Program-made: the position numbers and the translations under genes
Notes under the pieces: model-generated
Told to the model about the DNA's origin: nothing
The model's database searches: none
Seen by the model: the letters and a program-made list of their open reading frames with translations, nothing else
Part shown: piece by piece, positions 36,607 through 51,900 of the stretch
Numbering within the stretch: the first letter of the stretch is position 1
How the letters are laid out: each line of letters starts with the position of its first letter
Assembly (NCBI GenBank): GCA_030704615.1
Contig: CM060734.1
Span: forward strand, 60,388,001-60,452,000
Length of the DNA: 64,000 nt
Direction: 5' to 3'
Source of the DNA: Takakia lepidozioides
Lineage: Eukaryota > Plantae > Bryophyta

Positions 36607-37731
36607 ATACGTCAATAAGATATCACAACAATGATGTCAGCCAAATTAGCTTCAAGGTGAAGACTCCATATTCAGTGTATTTGATACACACTAAGGATGA
36701 AGGAGCATCACACATCAATATATATAGCTACACTTCCAGCACTCTTGCATCTTGTATTGGCAGCATGGAGTCAAAAGAACCAGACACATTGGAGCTGCTG
36801 CTTACCCAACTACCAGATCAGCCATTTCGACTCTCACGACCTTCAACATCACGCTGATGCTCTCGAGACGATGTGCCACCAATGCGACGGGTACTTTCTC
36901 GTCTGGACCCCCTACGACGGCAAGTGGAGTCTACTCGAAGTTTGATAATTTTATTGGAGGTTGAGGCTTCGGACCCAGAGGGCAACGAAATCATGTTTGA
37001 AGATAGTTTCGAAAATCAGAATGCTCAAATCACTGTGTGGTCGCAAGTTCAAGGTGTTGGATACTATCGATGGTTGTAGAGACCTATAAATCATTTGAAT
37101 CAAGAATGAAGAGCCAAATATTTGGCAAATACCATTCGCCGGATTTTGGATTTAGTCCAGCTCTAAGCAAATCCAAAATTTTACCGCTCCTCAAGGAACT
37201 TGGCGCTAGAGGAGGGGGTGATATCACGGACATAGCCCAGATGAACTTACCAGGAGTAAATACCAGAAGTTACCAAGTTACCATGTTATCAAAAGTTATC
37301 GTGATCAACTATAATCTACCATGATCTACCATATTTTACCATAAGTTATCATTAGTTATCAATTACCGAGAGTAACTTGGGAACTGCTGAGGAAGCTTCA
37401 TTTGGAGGAAACTTCTCCATCAAGAAACCTCATTTGGGGAAGCCTCTTAGGGAGCCAGTATATATAGGAGGCGAGACTGGACACTCTTCAATCTCGGCAA
37501 CACAATTCAAGCTACTCCTGTTTCCAGTATCTGGTAATCCTGTACAGTTTCCAGCATTCCAGTATTCAACTCGCGTTCCAATATCTTGTACTCTTGTTCA
37601 TTGTTATAAAGATCGTCTTGATTCCTATTTACTCATCATGCATTCGGCCACGCCGACCTTGACTTCTTATCTAGTCTTGTACCTCTAGTCTGATCTATTA
37701 CTTGTGTTCAGTCATTTTCTTGTCCCTGATA

Positions 37732-39814
37732 GTCAGTCTCTTTGATTGGCAACTGGTGATAACCCGATCGTAAATCCAATGTGCTAAACACCTTCGCATG
37801 CCCAATTGCATCAAAGATTTCCTCTGGAGTTGGCATGACATATCTATTGGACTTAGTCTAGCGGTTCACAGGATGATAGTCCCCACATATCCTTCTTTCT
37901 GTCCAATTGTCATAGATATCTTTCTTAGCTGGCATCACCGTTGCCAAGGCATACTCCCCGCCTGACAACTCCACCAATCTAGCTTCGAACAACTCCATAG
38001 TCCATGACTGGATCAAAGACCTCTCCATGTCACTATATCTGTAGGGCCTTTAAAAATTTGGCGTATCACTTGCCAAATCAATACGAATCTCCTGGCCCTT
38101 CAAACTCCCCAAATCCTTCAAACCAAAGGCAAAGCAATTTCTATAAGCCCTTAAAATTCGCCGGATCCTCCGTCTCTCTCCTCCGGTAATTGTAGGTCCA
38201 ACATCTGGTTCCCAATTGTCCTTAGTGACTGCAACCTTGGGTACACCAGGCTTACAGGTAGGAGACGCATCCTTTGATTGCTACATAGCAACCTCTTGGG
38301 GCTTGTCCGCCCACCCTGATTGTGGTGTAGCCTCCACTTGCTCCTAGTGGTGCAAGATTGGTCCACCACAACCTAGGCCTATGTGCCCATGAACCCATTG
38401 TAGCTGCATCCAACAATACAGCTGGTCCAATCCATGATCGGATCTGATGTACACTGGCCATAACCCTAGCCCGAGAATCCCCCATGAGAGGAACATTCTC
38501 TAGGATGTAAGCTGGAGGTTGCACTTGCCTCACCTGCAAGTCACACAACACTCGCAACATCTCCCAAAACAGATGCGATCGTGCATCATGTAAACCATTA
38601 CCTTGACCTGCAGGAGAATGTTCCTTGCAAGGCCACCCTCCTATCACCAAGTCAATGGGACCATGCTGATCCAAATCCTCCGCCCCCAGCATGGTAATGT
38701 CTGCTGGCAAGGCCTTTTGGTACCCTTGAATTGCTAAGAGGGGCAACAACTCAAGACATTGATATGTGAGCAAGGCAACATGGCGCATGGAATCACACCG
38801 AGCAATCTCATCCTTCTCCACATACAAGTACTTGCGTACTTTGATTCTTGCTTGCAACGCTCGTGCAAGCCCAGTGCTCATGCCTCCAAACAGGTCTAGC
38901 AAACAAATGCACGAGTCAGGTTGTTGCCAGATAATAGGCACTGTGTCCAATGGAGCTAACTGAGGAGGTCCAGGTGATGTCACCAAACTCCCCTCACCCA
39001 CCAATGGAAAGGCCTCCTACCATGCTTGTTGCACACACTAGCTTGCCAATTGCTGCAAATCCCCAACTGTACCCCACAGTGAGCTATGAACAAGAATATG
39101 AGGAAACAACTCAACCTTGTATGCCAATTGTTTGTCCTCATCAGGTGGTGGCCTATCATCTGCATGGCTATTGCTTTCCAAGAGCTCAGCACTCCAAGCC
39201 ACCACACCTGGGAATGCAGCCAATGTGGGCATTATGTTCCTATGATCCACCGCTACATTCCCAATAAACCGCCCTGGGAGTAGTGCAAGTCGGCCATCCC
39301 CTGACTGCCACTCCGGCCTATAGGATGTCGTTTGCTCCCAAAAATCCAGAGTAAATCCCATGGGGTACAACACAACCCCACCAATAAGCACATCGTATGA
39401 CATAAAGGAACGTAACAATGGCTTTGGCTCTCTTGACTGAGCCATCCATAGGATGATCTGGCTGTAGTCGAATGAAGAGCTCATGGCGTGTAATCCCTTG
39501 CGCCTTCTCTGAACCACCTAAAGACGTCTGAATTAGGAAAGGGCAAGGCTCCAAATCTTCCTCTGTAAGGCCCAAGCCTACAATTGTTGCTCTCTCCAAC
39601 ATCAATGGTTGTGCTCCCGAATCCAACAAGACCCGTAGTGGCCTATACCTCCTCCTGGTTGGGCCACCCAATTCCATCCTGATTGTCCACCATGACTACT
39701 CCAGGAGTCACCATGTTGCGCTCAATGGCTAGCCCAGCTGACAACTCATGCAACCTTGCAGCTACCGCTTACCATGGCGCAGCTGTGGCTGACTTCACCC
39801 TTGAATCCAAAGCA
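37732..39814 (-). pseudogene. Mirror of copy B (protease-DNMT-RT), with TAG-CAATCA at 38275-38283
   Basis: ORFs 38252..39004 and 39318..39677 are identical to the left-arm ORFs. Confidence 0.9.
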
Positions 39815-40428
39815 TCTATAGACTGATCCCCACCCCTCTAGTCCCCCCTAAGTGCTCCATCACCCGAGGTGTCATCCCCCAATGTTGTTCCCGATGTCAT
39901 GCCTGCTCCCCTCCATGTATATGTTCTGTCGCGGGCTGTTGTGTCTCTCTGTGGTCCTTCACTCTCTGCCCTTGTCCAATCACCTCTTTCAACTCATCCC
40001 GAGTCTGTGTGTACTTCCCACATGGAGAGGGAGGATGTGCCAAGAATGGTGGATCCAACTACCAAGTCCAACAGATTTGCAGCTGTTTCCAGTCCTCTAC
40101 CGACGACACAGGTTGAGGTTATTTCAACATTGGTGACCCCTGAATTGGCAGGGAACACCGAATTGGCAACGGAGGGGTTTGTTCCGCCCATGTTAGTTTT
40201 CATAGGTGCACCCCCGTATCATCCACAGGCCATCCCATTGTTATCCGCACTCGCAGATAGTCTGGTCTCCCCCACATCAGAGCGCTTACTCCAGCCCCTT
40301 GGTACTGCTCCCATCGCTTCCACAGATCCTTGGAATATTGAATTGGGGGTCACCCCTGGCTCCACATTCACCACGGGTCTGACGGTGCCTACGCCTATGG
40401 TTTTTGCTCCAACCCTCGGCAAACCATC

Positions 40429-41391
40429 TGTCGCGCGGCTTTTACTCACCCATCCCTTCGCTATCCGAGGCGGAAACTCCAAGATAGAAGAGTTGGAAAT
40501 CTCTAAGTACTCAGCCCGCTCAGAACAATCAGTCATGACCTACAGCTAGTGTATCATGGGGGTGTTTCCTATTTGTTTTCCTTTCCGCATTCATGTTAGC
40601 TAGCTACCTTACTATTGATAATTAAGTATCAGTTTGCTTCATTAATCTATCGGATTCCATCAACTCATCCATTCATTCCACAGCTCACTCAGATCTCTCT
40701 ACACAGTGTGAGTATGAAGTGTGTATCAGATTAATATCTATCAAGTATCAAGCTAAGGTCATGGTGTCTCTAATCTACTCTACATTACAATTCTATAGCT
40801 TGCTTTCATTAAGCATCTCAGATCATCCTCCTCCTACTCCGTGCTCTCCCTCTTTCTGCCCAGAGATACGCTCTCTGCCTCATTTCCCCTCAGTCATGTC
40901 CGAAGTCTCCCCCCCAAGAAGTGCCACAGAAATGATCCCCTTTTCAGTCCTTGCTTCCCGCTTTATCTTCCTACCCGTTGTTCTAACCGTTTCCCTCACT
41001 AACCGTCGTCCGTGAACTAACATGTTCCATTCGCAGGTGTTGTTCCCCACAGCCGTTCCCTGTCCTGCTATCCATTCCCTATGGTCGTGACAGCTGTGTC
41101 AAGCTGTGACGGGCTGTGACTGGCTGTGCGACTGTGTTTGGCTGTGTCGGGCTGTGACTGGCTGTGTGGCTGTGTCGGCTGTGACGGGCTGTGTTGGCTG
41201 TGATGGGCTGTGTCGGCTGTGACGACTGTGACGGGCTGTGTTGGCTGTGACGACTGTAACGGGCTGTGTAACCCCCCTCTAAAGTGTGCTGCTATCGCCC
41301 CTAAGGCTCCTGTTGGTCTCAGTCTGTGCAAAAATTAAGGGTACCCCACAGATCCCGTATAAGTGTGTAAGTCCCAGACAGTCCTCTAACA
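40429..41391 (-). mobile_element. Mirror of the solo LTR
   Basis: Same TSD; 20 bp shorter in the CACAGCC repeat tract. Confidence 0.92.
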
Positions 41392-42507
41392 CCATCATCT
41401 GGCCCAGTAGTAGGTCGAATACGACATAGGGTTGCTGCAAAAACTTCGGGATGCCAATTGAACCTGCAGGGCATGGAGCAGGTGGATCAGAAAGAAACAA
41501 AGGATAAGGGGAAGGAGAAGAAACACATGAAGGGCAAGGGGGAGCAGACCGGAGAGGGGATCGGCAAGGGGAAGCAAAGACCACGTCGTGCGCATACATA
41601 TCACTACACAACTACATTGCTGTCCAAAACCACGCAACACAAGTGCACGCCACACACTAGTATATCACTAGTCCACCACTAGTCCAACCACTAGGCTACA
41701 ACTAGTCAGTCACTAGGCTGCCACTATGCTGCCCACTATAGCAGTCACTAGTCCACACATAAAGAAGAAGAATACAAGCACTCTTGAGCTCACAAACTTT
41801 GCACATGAAAGCATCACTCATATTAAGTCAAGCCAAGTACACCCCATGCTATGGAGAATCCATACTACGGCGCCATAGCTAGGCACGGTGAGGCTCAACT
41901 CAAGAAAGATGAGCCTCCCGCGCTTGCCGTGAAGATAACCACTCCAGGGCCTAAATTTGCCTTGACCCTGGATTGACACTTGGGCCATTCCCAAATGTCA
42001 ATATGTAAAAGCTAGCTATTTCCTAGCTAGTTTCACACTAGTGGTAAAATAACTTGACAGCTGTCGTGCGCATACATATCGCTACACAACTACATCGCTG
42101 TCCAAAACCACACAACACAAGTGCACACACTAGTATATCACTAGTCCACCACTAGTCTAGCCACTAGTCCAACCACTAGGCTACAACTAGTCAGTCACTA
42201 GGCTGCCACTATGCTGCCCACTATAGCAGTCACTAGTCCACACAATCGCCCCCCTAGCTGGTGCTTAGGTCCCTCTAAGTCCAGGTAGCCATAAGATGTA
42301 ATAGTGACATGTGATGTGATGTGAAGTCCTCCACCACTGTCCCTACTACACTCAAACTCGATAGATCAAGAGGCCGGGTGCAAGAGTTGTCCCATCGTTA
42401 GTCACCGTCTTGCAACCTGTGAACTTGAGCCTATGATCTCATATATTGACTCCTATGAGCTTGGCCTCCCATGTCTTGTTAGCTGCCTCTAGTCATGTCC
42501 ACTGCCA

Positions 42508-43515
42508 CTATCCCAAGCATTGTGGACATAACCAATCTCCATTATGAACCCTCTCAAGAGGTGGTGTCAAGCATCCCATATGCCAAGCTCTTGAGCATTG
42601 ATCAGACACCAGCATTGTGGCTGCCCCTTTAGCAGACCCACACAACTTGCACCTCAAACTTGCAAGTACCACTGCCAGGTTTGGGTCAATCCTACCATCG
42701 ACATTCGGAAGGTGACATGGCGCACAATTACGCACATGGTCCTTCCAAGTTATGCCATCCCGACCCTCCAAGATCAAGACGCCTGAGGGCAATACCTCTC
42801 GAACCCTCAAAATAACACGTCCTGCAGTCACATCCAAGGTCGTAGGAGCAGTATGTTGCAGATAGACATAGTCACTAGGGTTGAATCTTCGAACCCCAAG
42901 ACGATAGCCCGCACCACGTATGGTAGCATACCTCAACGTATCACGATGTTGTGCAATGGCAAGGTTCTCAAAAACCATGGGCATGACTTTCTTGAACAAC
43001 TCTGCACGCTGATCACGTGCACGTGCCTACACGTCCGGATCGTCAAGGTCAAGAACTGAAGCAGCTTCTCTACGAATGGATGTAGGCAAATCCGGCTCTT
43101 GGCCAAAGAGAGAAAGTATGGTGAGAAGGAGGCAAGTGATGCTTGCTTGCTGAACCTGTAGCCCATGGCTAACCAGGGGAACTGAAGGTCCCAATCTCCT
43201 AGGTGTCCCTTCTGCAAGCCATACTTGCGCAAACCCCTCTTTACTGTCTGAACAACCCTCTCTGCCAAGCCATCGGCCTCAGGATGATCCCGAGAAGTGG
43301 TGCGGTGGTCTACCAAGGCCTTGTCACACAAGCCTGAAACTCCCCCAAGAACTCTCTCCCTTGGTCCGTGAGTACCTCAGATGGAGCACCGAATCGGCTA
43401 AGTACACAATCCAAGAATGCATACGCAACCCCTCACTAGCCTTATCAGGCAATGGAACCAACTCGATCAACACTTGGAGAAGTGCTCCACCATCACCAAC
43501 ACGTACTTGTTGTGG
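42508..43515 (-). pseudogene. Mirror of integrase-PHD
   Basis: ORF 42508..42999. Confidence 0.88.
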
Positions 43516-44301
<786 letters not shown>

Positions 44302-45281
44302 TGATGAGTTCCATGCCTGAGTGTTTGGGTTTCCATGGGGCGATTTTTGCTGCAGATAACATGAAGAATGGCAAAAACTTGTGGGAGATGTCGCACATTC
44401 TTATGACTGTGGAGTTGTCCGCCGCTGGCAGCTCGAAGGGGGCAGGTAGGTTCGGGGGGGAAAGAGCAAGAGAAAAGAGAAAGAAACAGTGAAAAAGAAA
44501 GAGAGAAGATAGAAGAAACATTCCGTGATTCGGGGGGGAGGCAGCCGAGTCACATGAATACCAGTCCCGAGTCGCAGGCTGCGCTTTGATTGTGGAGACA
44601 CCCGTATGGATAAGTTCATCGCAGTGAGATGAGCAGAAGGCCGACGAATAAATGGACTGTGTCCAGCTGCAGGGAAGCGAAGTGAATCCACTCACCCTTG
44701 GAGAGTGCCCTGGTAGCAGCAGATCCTTCTCGTCCATAATGGCAAGAATCTTTGTTGACGGGGACAAATTGGAGCCAAGGCCTGGACAGTCTTCATGAAA
44801 GCCCCCCATGTGATCCCAGCATGAGGGTGAAGAGACAGATGTGCGAGCCGTGCTCGAAATTGTCAATCTTAGTGCGGAAAGTAGGGATTGGGCTATTGTC
44901 AATTGGATTTTTCGCATGAAGATGGCAATGATCATTTGAAGTTATCCATAAGGATTCCATATGATGCCGTTCATTTGCCGTGACAAGAAAGGAAGGGGAG
45001 GGAAAGTCGCCTGTAAATCATGGGAGTGATGCAGGTAGACTTGGGGTCAGCTTGAGAGAGATTGAGTGGACAACCTTTGAGAGCAAGGGCTGGGACGGGC
45101 GAGCAGAACCAGGAGCTGACGGAGCAGAACCAGGCAGGCATCTCTGTGCATGGCTTTGGAGATTGACGCGATGCAAGCTGCTCAGCGCAACCTTTGATCA
45201 GGTCTTTGATCGGCCGAATCGGCCAACCCCCACACCACCTCCTTGCTTCCTGCTTGCTCGCGCAGGCTTGGCCATCGCCTT

Positions 45282-45781
45282 NNNNNNNNNNNNNNNNNNN
45301 NNNNNNNNNNNNNNNNNNNNNNNNNNNNNNNNNNNNNNNNNNNNNNNNNNNNNNNNNNNNNNNNNNNNNNNNNNNNNNNNNNNNNNNNNNNNNNNNNNNN
45401 NNNNNNNNNNNNNNNNNNNNNNNNNNNNNNNNNNNNNNNNNNNNNNNNNNNNNNNNNNNNNNNNNNNNNNNNNNNNNNNNNNNNNNNNNNNNNNNNNNNN
45501 NNNNNNNNNNNNNNNNNNNNNNNNNNNNNNNNNNNNNNNNNNNNNNNNNNNNNNNNNNNNNNNNNNNNNNNNNNNNNNNNNNNNNNNNNNNNNNNNNNNN
45601 NNNNNNNNNNNNNNNNNNNNNNNNNNNNNNNNNNNNNNNNNNNNNNNNNNNNNNNNNNNNNNNNNNNNNNNNNNNNNNNNNNNNNNNNNNNNNNNNNNNN
45701 NNNNNNNNNNNNNNNNNNNNNNNNNNNNNNNNNNNNNNNNNNNNNNNNNNNNNNNNNNNNNNNNNNNNNNNNNNNNNNNNN
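45282..45781. other. Assembly gap (500 N)
   Basis: Run of N. Confidence 1.
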
Positions 45782-48700
45782 TTTGTCACCCTGTCGGTGG
45801 TGCTCAACGTTTTCCTACCTTTCATTCATTTTTAATCGGAGATCGACCCATCGACATCGGCCCAAGTTTTCATTTTCATTCCGGGAGAGGAGTTCGACTG
45901 ATCGGAGCTCTCGCAACTAAATGATGTCTGCCGAAGTGTTCATTTCATTTGGAGATTGACCGATCGGAGCTCTCGCAACCAAACCGTTGATGTTGATGTT
46001 GGCGTAAGAATTCTCTCTCAACTAAATTGTCGACAAGTGGGGCCGTGCAAACCTTCCTACACGCCCCCTTTGGTTGATTTTCTTCTTTGAGTGACTTGGG
46101 GTACATATTTTGGAAATATTTTGGAAGACCGTCTCCCTCCGATATGGGCTGTAATTTGGAGTTGTTTTGGCGCATTGGACGTGGGTGAATTAGACATCCG
46201 GGCTACATGAACATTGAGTCAACAAGTTTGTTTTATTGCGCAAGATGGGAGATGGGGGCGCAGCTACCCGGCTGATAAATATGGCCCAATAATTCAGTTC
46301 TTAGGTGCTATGTTTAGAAACAGACAGGGTTTTCAAGCAAAAGGTTCGTGTTGTAAGTCTTTTGCTTGCCTTTATTTAAGGTAAGAAGAGTGCAATGGCC
46401 AAGTAGGAGTCAAAAGGCAGCCAGCCCCGCATCGGACGGAAATAGCCGGCGGGCCCCGCCGGTCCGTCAGAGGCGCCGGACGGGTCTGGCGCCCGACTGA
46501 CCCGGTCTGGACAGAGGGGTAACCCGGCGGCGTGACCGGGGGAAATAGCCCCCACCGAGTCCCCTGGCACTTGCGAGTCGCCATATCGTTGCATGGGGGC
46601 AGACTTGAGAGACGGAGGGCGGCAGCCTTGCGATCTGTGTGTGTGTGTGGATCGCTGGAGGTTCGTGATGGAGTGAGTTCGGCGCCGAATGTGGGTGGTG
46701 GGGGAGGAGTTGGGAGCGGAACAAGCTCCGCTGGCTGTGCAGCGATGAGCGCTGCGTGCTTGGTTGGACTCTTCCGTGGTTGACAATTGCAGGTTGCGTG
46801 TGCTGTGGGGTTACCAAACAGATATGGCCAGTTCTGTAGCAGACAAGTGCGCTGCAGAATTTTGGGAGCTCAAATGCGAAGAAAAGTTGTGATTTTGGAT
46901 GGCGAGAGACTGAGGGAGTCGCACTGATTTGTACGCATGCGCTCCGAAAGCCACAGAGAGGTAATTACTGCAGACGGTGTAGACATGCGGAGGTTTGGTG
47001 CAGGGTTGCATCAATCTGCAAGTCTGTAGAGGCATCCGAAAGACTATGAGACTGGGATGAGCTCTTGATGAACTGTGGGAGAATAATTTTGAAGAACTCG
47101 CGTTGACTCTTCCTCTTCTCAGCTGAGCTCAGGACAGCTGTTAAATTTCATCAGTTGTACGTCGTGAGCGGGCGCAAAGACAGCGAACTGTAATAGCACA
47201 CTACCTCTCTCATTTTGGGGTCGATTTGCTTCGCTCTCTATGCTACCTGTGAGTCGCCCGTCAAGCTGAAGGAGGCAGAAAGGCAGAGAGGTTCAGTCCG
47301 ATGAACGTACCTTTTTATTGCATACTCCTCCTGCAGGATCGAAAAAGGTGGTATCAGAGTTTCTAGGAGTAGATGACGTCGGAGAAAAACATGGCATCCT
47401 TCATTCTACACTTCAGGAATGTCATTTGTCGATCCCCGTCACTGGCGTTGCTGACATGGGCGTTGCAGTTTACACATCCGAATCTCTCTCTTCTCCTTCC
47501 TCTTTCTTCCCTCACTGCATTGTGTAACAGGCCCTCTGGACCTCCTGTGGATATCGCGAAAATTTTCCCTCTCTTTTTGCCATTCATCATTTGTCCTTCC
47601 CCGTCTTGCAGTTTAGAGCGCGATGATTGTTGTAACATGCTGAACAACCTTCAATGCACCTCTACTAGTCGCTCCGTATAAAGTGACTGAGCTTGGTGAA
47701 CTGCAGTCACCTGTACTTCCTGAATTGGTCTCTTGAATCTGATGGGCATCCGTTCAACTAGTCGAACCTCGTCCTTTGAAATTTGTGTGAGTCGCACGTG
47801 TTATTCTCATTTTCGGACGCGCTTCAAGTGCATCAAAGATGCACATTTGACTTGCAGAGAGAGGGAGAGAGAGGAAAGGACTCAACCAATGAATTTCTCT
47901 TCTGTTCCGATTTGTAAAGTTCCTGTCTATCTTTCTTTCTGACGTCCTCACAACAACGCCGCAGCTCCACGAAGATTCCTACTCTTCCTCCGCGGCAGTA
48001 GAATTTGACAACCCAATTTAAATGTCTGCAACCCAGGATGTTTCTCCTGCCAGTGGGGCGTGAAATCTTCGAATTTCCTACTGAAGAGCAATGTGTGTAA
48101 GGTAGACAGGAAAGGTTTCCGGCATTTCGTAGGATCCAGACTCGATGCTGAGGTAGGTCCAGAGTGTTGTGTGTACACCCTCACCCGCAACTTTCACTGC
48201 TTCAACATGGTAGTTGGTTTTGAAGACCCCGCCCCTTTACTTCGGAGGTCTTGCGTATGGGAGACTTGATGATTTTGCATTTGATTTCAGGAATAAAAGC
48301 TGTGAGAGTTGATCTTTCGAAGTCAGCAGAGCGTGCCTGACCCTGAAGCTTATGGCTATCCATGTCTGCAACAGGTGGCAAGCAGTGCCCAGCTCTCTCC
48401 GTCCCCAGGTCGAACCATTGTAGCGTTTGGAAGGTGGAGATCTCCATTCCTTAAACAAAATAGTTCTTGGAAGCACTTTCACATGGACAAGCTAAAGTTA
48501 CTACGAGAATGAGTCAATTTTGAGCAGCCAGGGCCGAGTTACTATCGAGGGCAACTAAAATGGGACACGATGCAGCCAATTTGATGGGCCTTGGATCGAG
48601 GACGAAGGTGGAGGTTTTGGTTCTCGCCACCCAGCCCTCTCTCTGTTGCTGAGATCCTTCCTTCTGGTAGAAAGTTGGTGTGAAGATCAGGCTTCATCGA

Positions 48701-48983
48701 AGGCTCGAGGAACTGAGTTCCTCACGGTATTTCTTTGTAATCATGGACATGGAAGGGAGTTTGTGGACAATAGTTGGACATTGAGGAGAAGGTCAGTGGG
48801 CCACAGCAGTACTGCGGTGGCTGTTGAAGGCATCTTAGAGAAGCGTAGAATGGGCTGATGGCAGACACAATCTTGACAATGGTAGTCAGAATTCTTCTGA
48901 AAGAGAGTCAAATGGCACTATCAAGATAGGTCTGGAAAGTTACAGACACTGACTAAGGGGAGAGGCACGAAGAGTAGATTGAA

Positions 48984-51900
48984 ATGGGAACAGGGTGGAG
49001 GAAAGCAAAAACTGTACTGGGATTGAATGCCTGTACATCAGCTCCACCAGATGTGGAGGAGAACGAAGAGTCAGCAGCAAGGCAAGCCGACTTGGGCAGC
49101 AGATGCCCCACGCCTGCAAGGAATGTTCCGGGGATCACCCCAGACACAGCCAGCTTTTCCTGTATTCCCTTGTCTCCTGTGTTACCCCCTCGTTCTCCTT
49201 CTCGTCTGAACCTCATCCGGACCAGCATTCGCCTTTCACGGGTATGGCTTTCTATCTAAGGCTTCCTGCTAAAGTCCTGTTTGAGTGGTTTTATGGACTG
49301 AGATCATGTCTTTACCAGTGGTTAATATTTTCATTAAAGCTATGTTGGTTACCTGCAACCTGTGGTAGTTGAAGCCTTGCAGCAGGAAATCAGGAAGTTG
49401 GCCAGAGAAGCGGGATGACCTGTTAATGCAGGCCACACGCAGGGCACCAGCGCCTCTTGAACATGTGAAGGAATTTGTGCTTGACAGTACCCAGCCGCCA
49501 TTACTTGGCTGTAATTGTGGTTGATTGCATACAGTTGGAAACTTTCCTAGAGCAAATGTAAATGACAGTCTGCCCTATTTCAAAGACTCCACAGTTGAAT
49601 CAACTACCCGTGTAAACATGCAGTGGCATTTCTTATTTAGTTTACCGGTGAGGGACAGTGATGACTAGGTTGATTGGGATTTGTGAGTCACTCACTCATA
49701 AGACTCTTTGAGGTTGGACTCTAGGATTAGGGAGGGATCCATGACGAGATTTTACCTCTTGACAAACTCCATATATCAGACCCCTTGCATCCAAGTGGCC
49801 TGGTCCAAGCCTTTTCTCCATCATAAATTTCTCATTTGGTTTGCATCTGCTCCCAGGTTTCTAAGTAGAGCTGGACAGTGGCAGGGGGTTAGTGCATTAG
49901 CATGGGATCCCATGCTGAATGATTCTCAGTCTTCTCCACAATCAAGTCCCCCAACCTATCATTAATTCCAAGTGAATTTAGCTTCCAAAGCTAGGGGATC
50001 ATTGGGGATTGAAATTGAATGTCCTATTGAAGTAATGTGCATTGGATACCTTTTGCAGTATGTGATTGTGAAGAGCTTGTGACTTAGTCATTGTCTTGGC
50101 TAAGTTAGTGCTTATACCATGGAGGACCAAAAAGAGGAAGAGAGAACGGCTTGCCAACACCAAACCTAGTGGTGTCTTATGTCCCTCAGACCCAAGAGTT
50201 AGTACTGTAACCTTCCATGTCGGACTGAAGTCTGTTCCAATCACACACAGTCAACTCAACTCGTTTTCTAGCAGGTCGATTGTGCCTGTCTCACTCTCAC
50301 TGGATCTCTATATGTGAGTTTATATGAGTTTTAGGCTACGGCAAACAACGTCTTATTAGTACTATCTATATGTGAGTTTTAACTGAAGATTTTATGTGTT
50401 GGTCGCCTTGTCTGGTCCCCAGAGCACATGTGCAATATGTCTTGAGACTATGAAGCCTGGGGTTGGGCATGCCCTCTTCACTGCTGAATGCTCTCACACC
50501 TTCCATTTCTCATGCATAGCCTCCAATGTGCGCCATGGAAATCTTGTGTGCCCCGTTTGTCGCTCGAAATGGAAAGAAGTTCCTTGGCAGGCGCCGCCAG
50601 AAAGCCCAAAAGAGCATCATGGAGGGGGCTCTAGGACGCGACATCGTACTCCCCAACGCTCTCCACACCGAATGGAGGTTACTGCAATCGAAGAGAGTCC
50701 TCTGGAGGTACAACTAAGGACTTTTGCTGGTGAGGTCTGAATGAGGAGTATTTGCTGTTCCCAAAACATGTGGATACCTGTTGGCAGACATTCAAGCTCT
50801 TTGGAGGTTATAGTGGTTTTGTTTCTTTCTTCCTTTCTCATGAGTCTTACATCTGGGTGGCTTGGGTTTGCCTCTCCTGTGGCAGCATTGAACAGATATT
50901 CCATGAGATTCTCATTGTTGAGTTTGAACCAAAGGTACCGATCTAGGATGCCTTTTATTAACTCCCTTGCCTGGGGATATTTTTTCTCAGGTTGAGGAAG
51001 AGAGAAGGAGACTTGATCCAGTGCTACGGATATTAGATGAGTCCATAGCCAATGCTCGCGGAGTTCGCCGAACGAGTCCTCCCGAACCAAGCATGTTTGA
51101 TGATGATGAGCCTCCGGGTGAGTTCCGTCTCATCGTGTTGTGTGGAAACCAGTTCCTTATACTGGGGCTGCTTCTATCATTTATCTTTTATAGAGGCGAT
51201 GGATAGTTTTGAAAGGCTGGCTCAGTTTGTCTGTGCATAAGGGCTGGAACCTCCGGGGGCTGTTGAGATGCAGATGTGGCTCCTAGGGACAACTCCCCAG
51301 ACCAGGTACATGAGAGAAGGGCTGGCAATATAGGGGCAAGAGAGAGTGCAAGCAGAGAAGATGGATCCACGGTGAATGTAGAGGGACCAAGCCAACCAAA
51401 GGCCGAGGATAAAGGGAGGAAAGAGTCTGATCCTGGAGCACAGATTGAAGGGGTCAAGGGGCCAGGCAATCTTGAGCTTACCACTTTTACAGAAGTTGGA
51501 GCTGTAGAGTATACTGAAGCACGTGATAGTTTCATTGTACTGCTCCATCTGAAAGCTCCAGCTGCAACTCAGCAACCACGATACGGAGAGAGCTTAAGTC
51601 CTCTAGGTTTGAGTCCTCTGAGAGAAGGAATGAAGGAAAGTGAGTTTTCCTTTGACAGTCCAAGTCCTACCCGCCTCATAGAACAAAGCTCCCGGGCTCC
51701 TTTGGATCTTGTGACTGTCTTGGATATCAGTGGCAGTATGGCTGGCACCAAATTGGTGCTGCTGAAGAGAGCTATGGGGTTTGTGATCCGGAATTTGAGC
51801 CCGGTGGATCGTCTCTCAGTCGTAGCATTCTCATCAACAGCAAAACGCCTATTCCCTCTCCGCCGCATGGTGGAAGATGGGCGCCAGCTGGCACTACGTG

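Noticed and set aside
44971-45924. Long ORFs
   Set aside because: Artefacts of translating through the N gap.
46372-48858. Short ORFs upstream of the RING-vWA gene
   Set aside because: No motifs or consistent exon chain; probably promoter, UTR or intergenic sequence.
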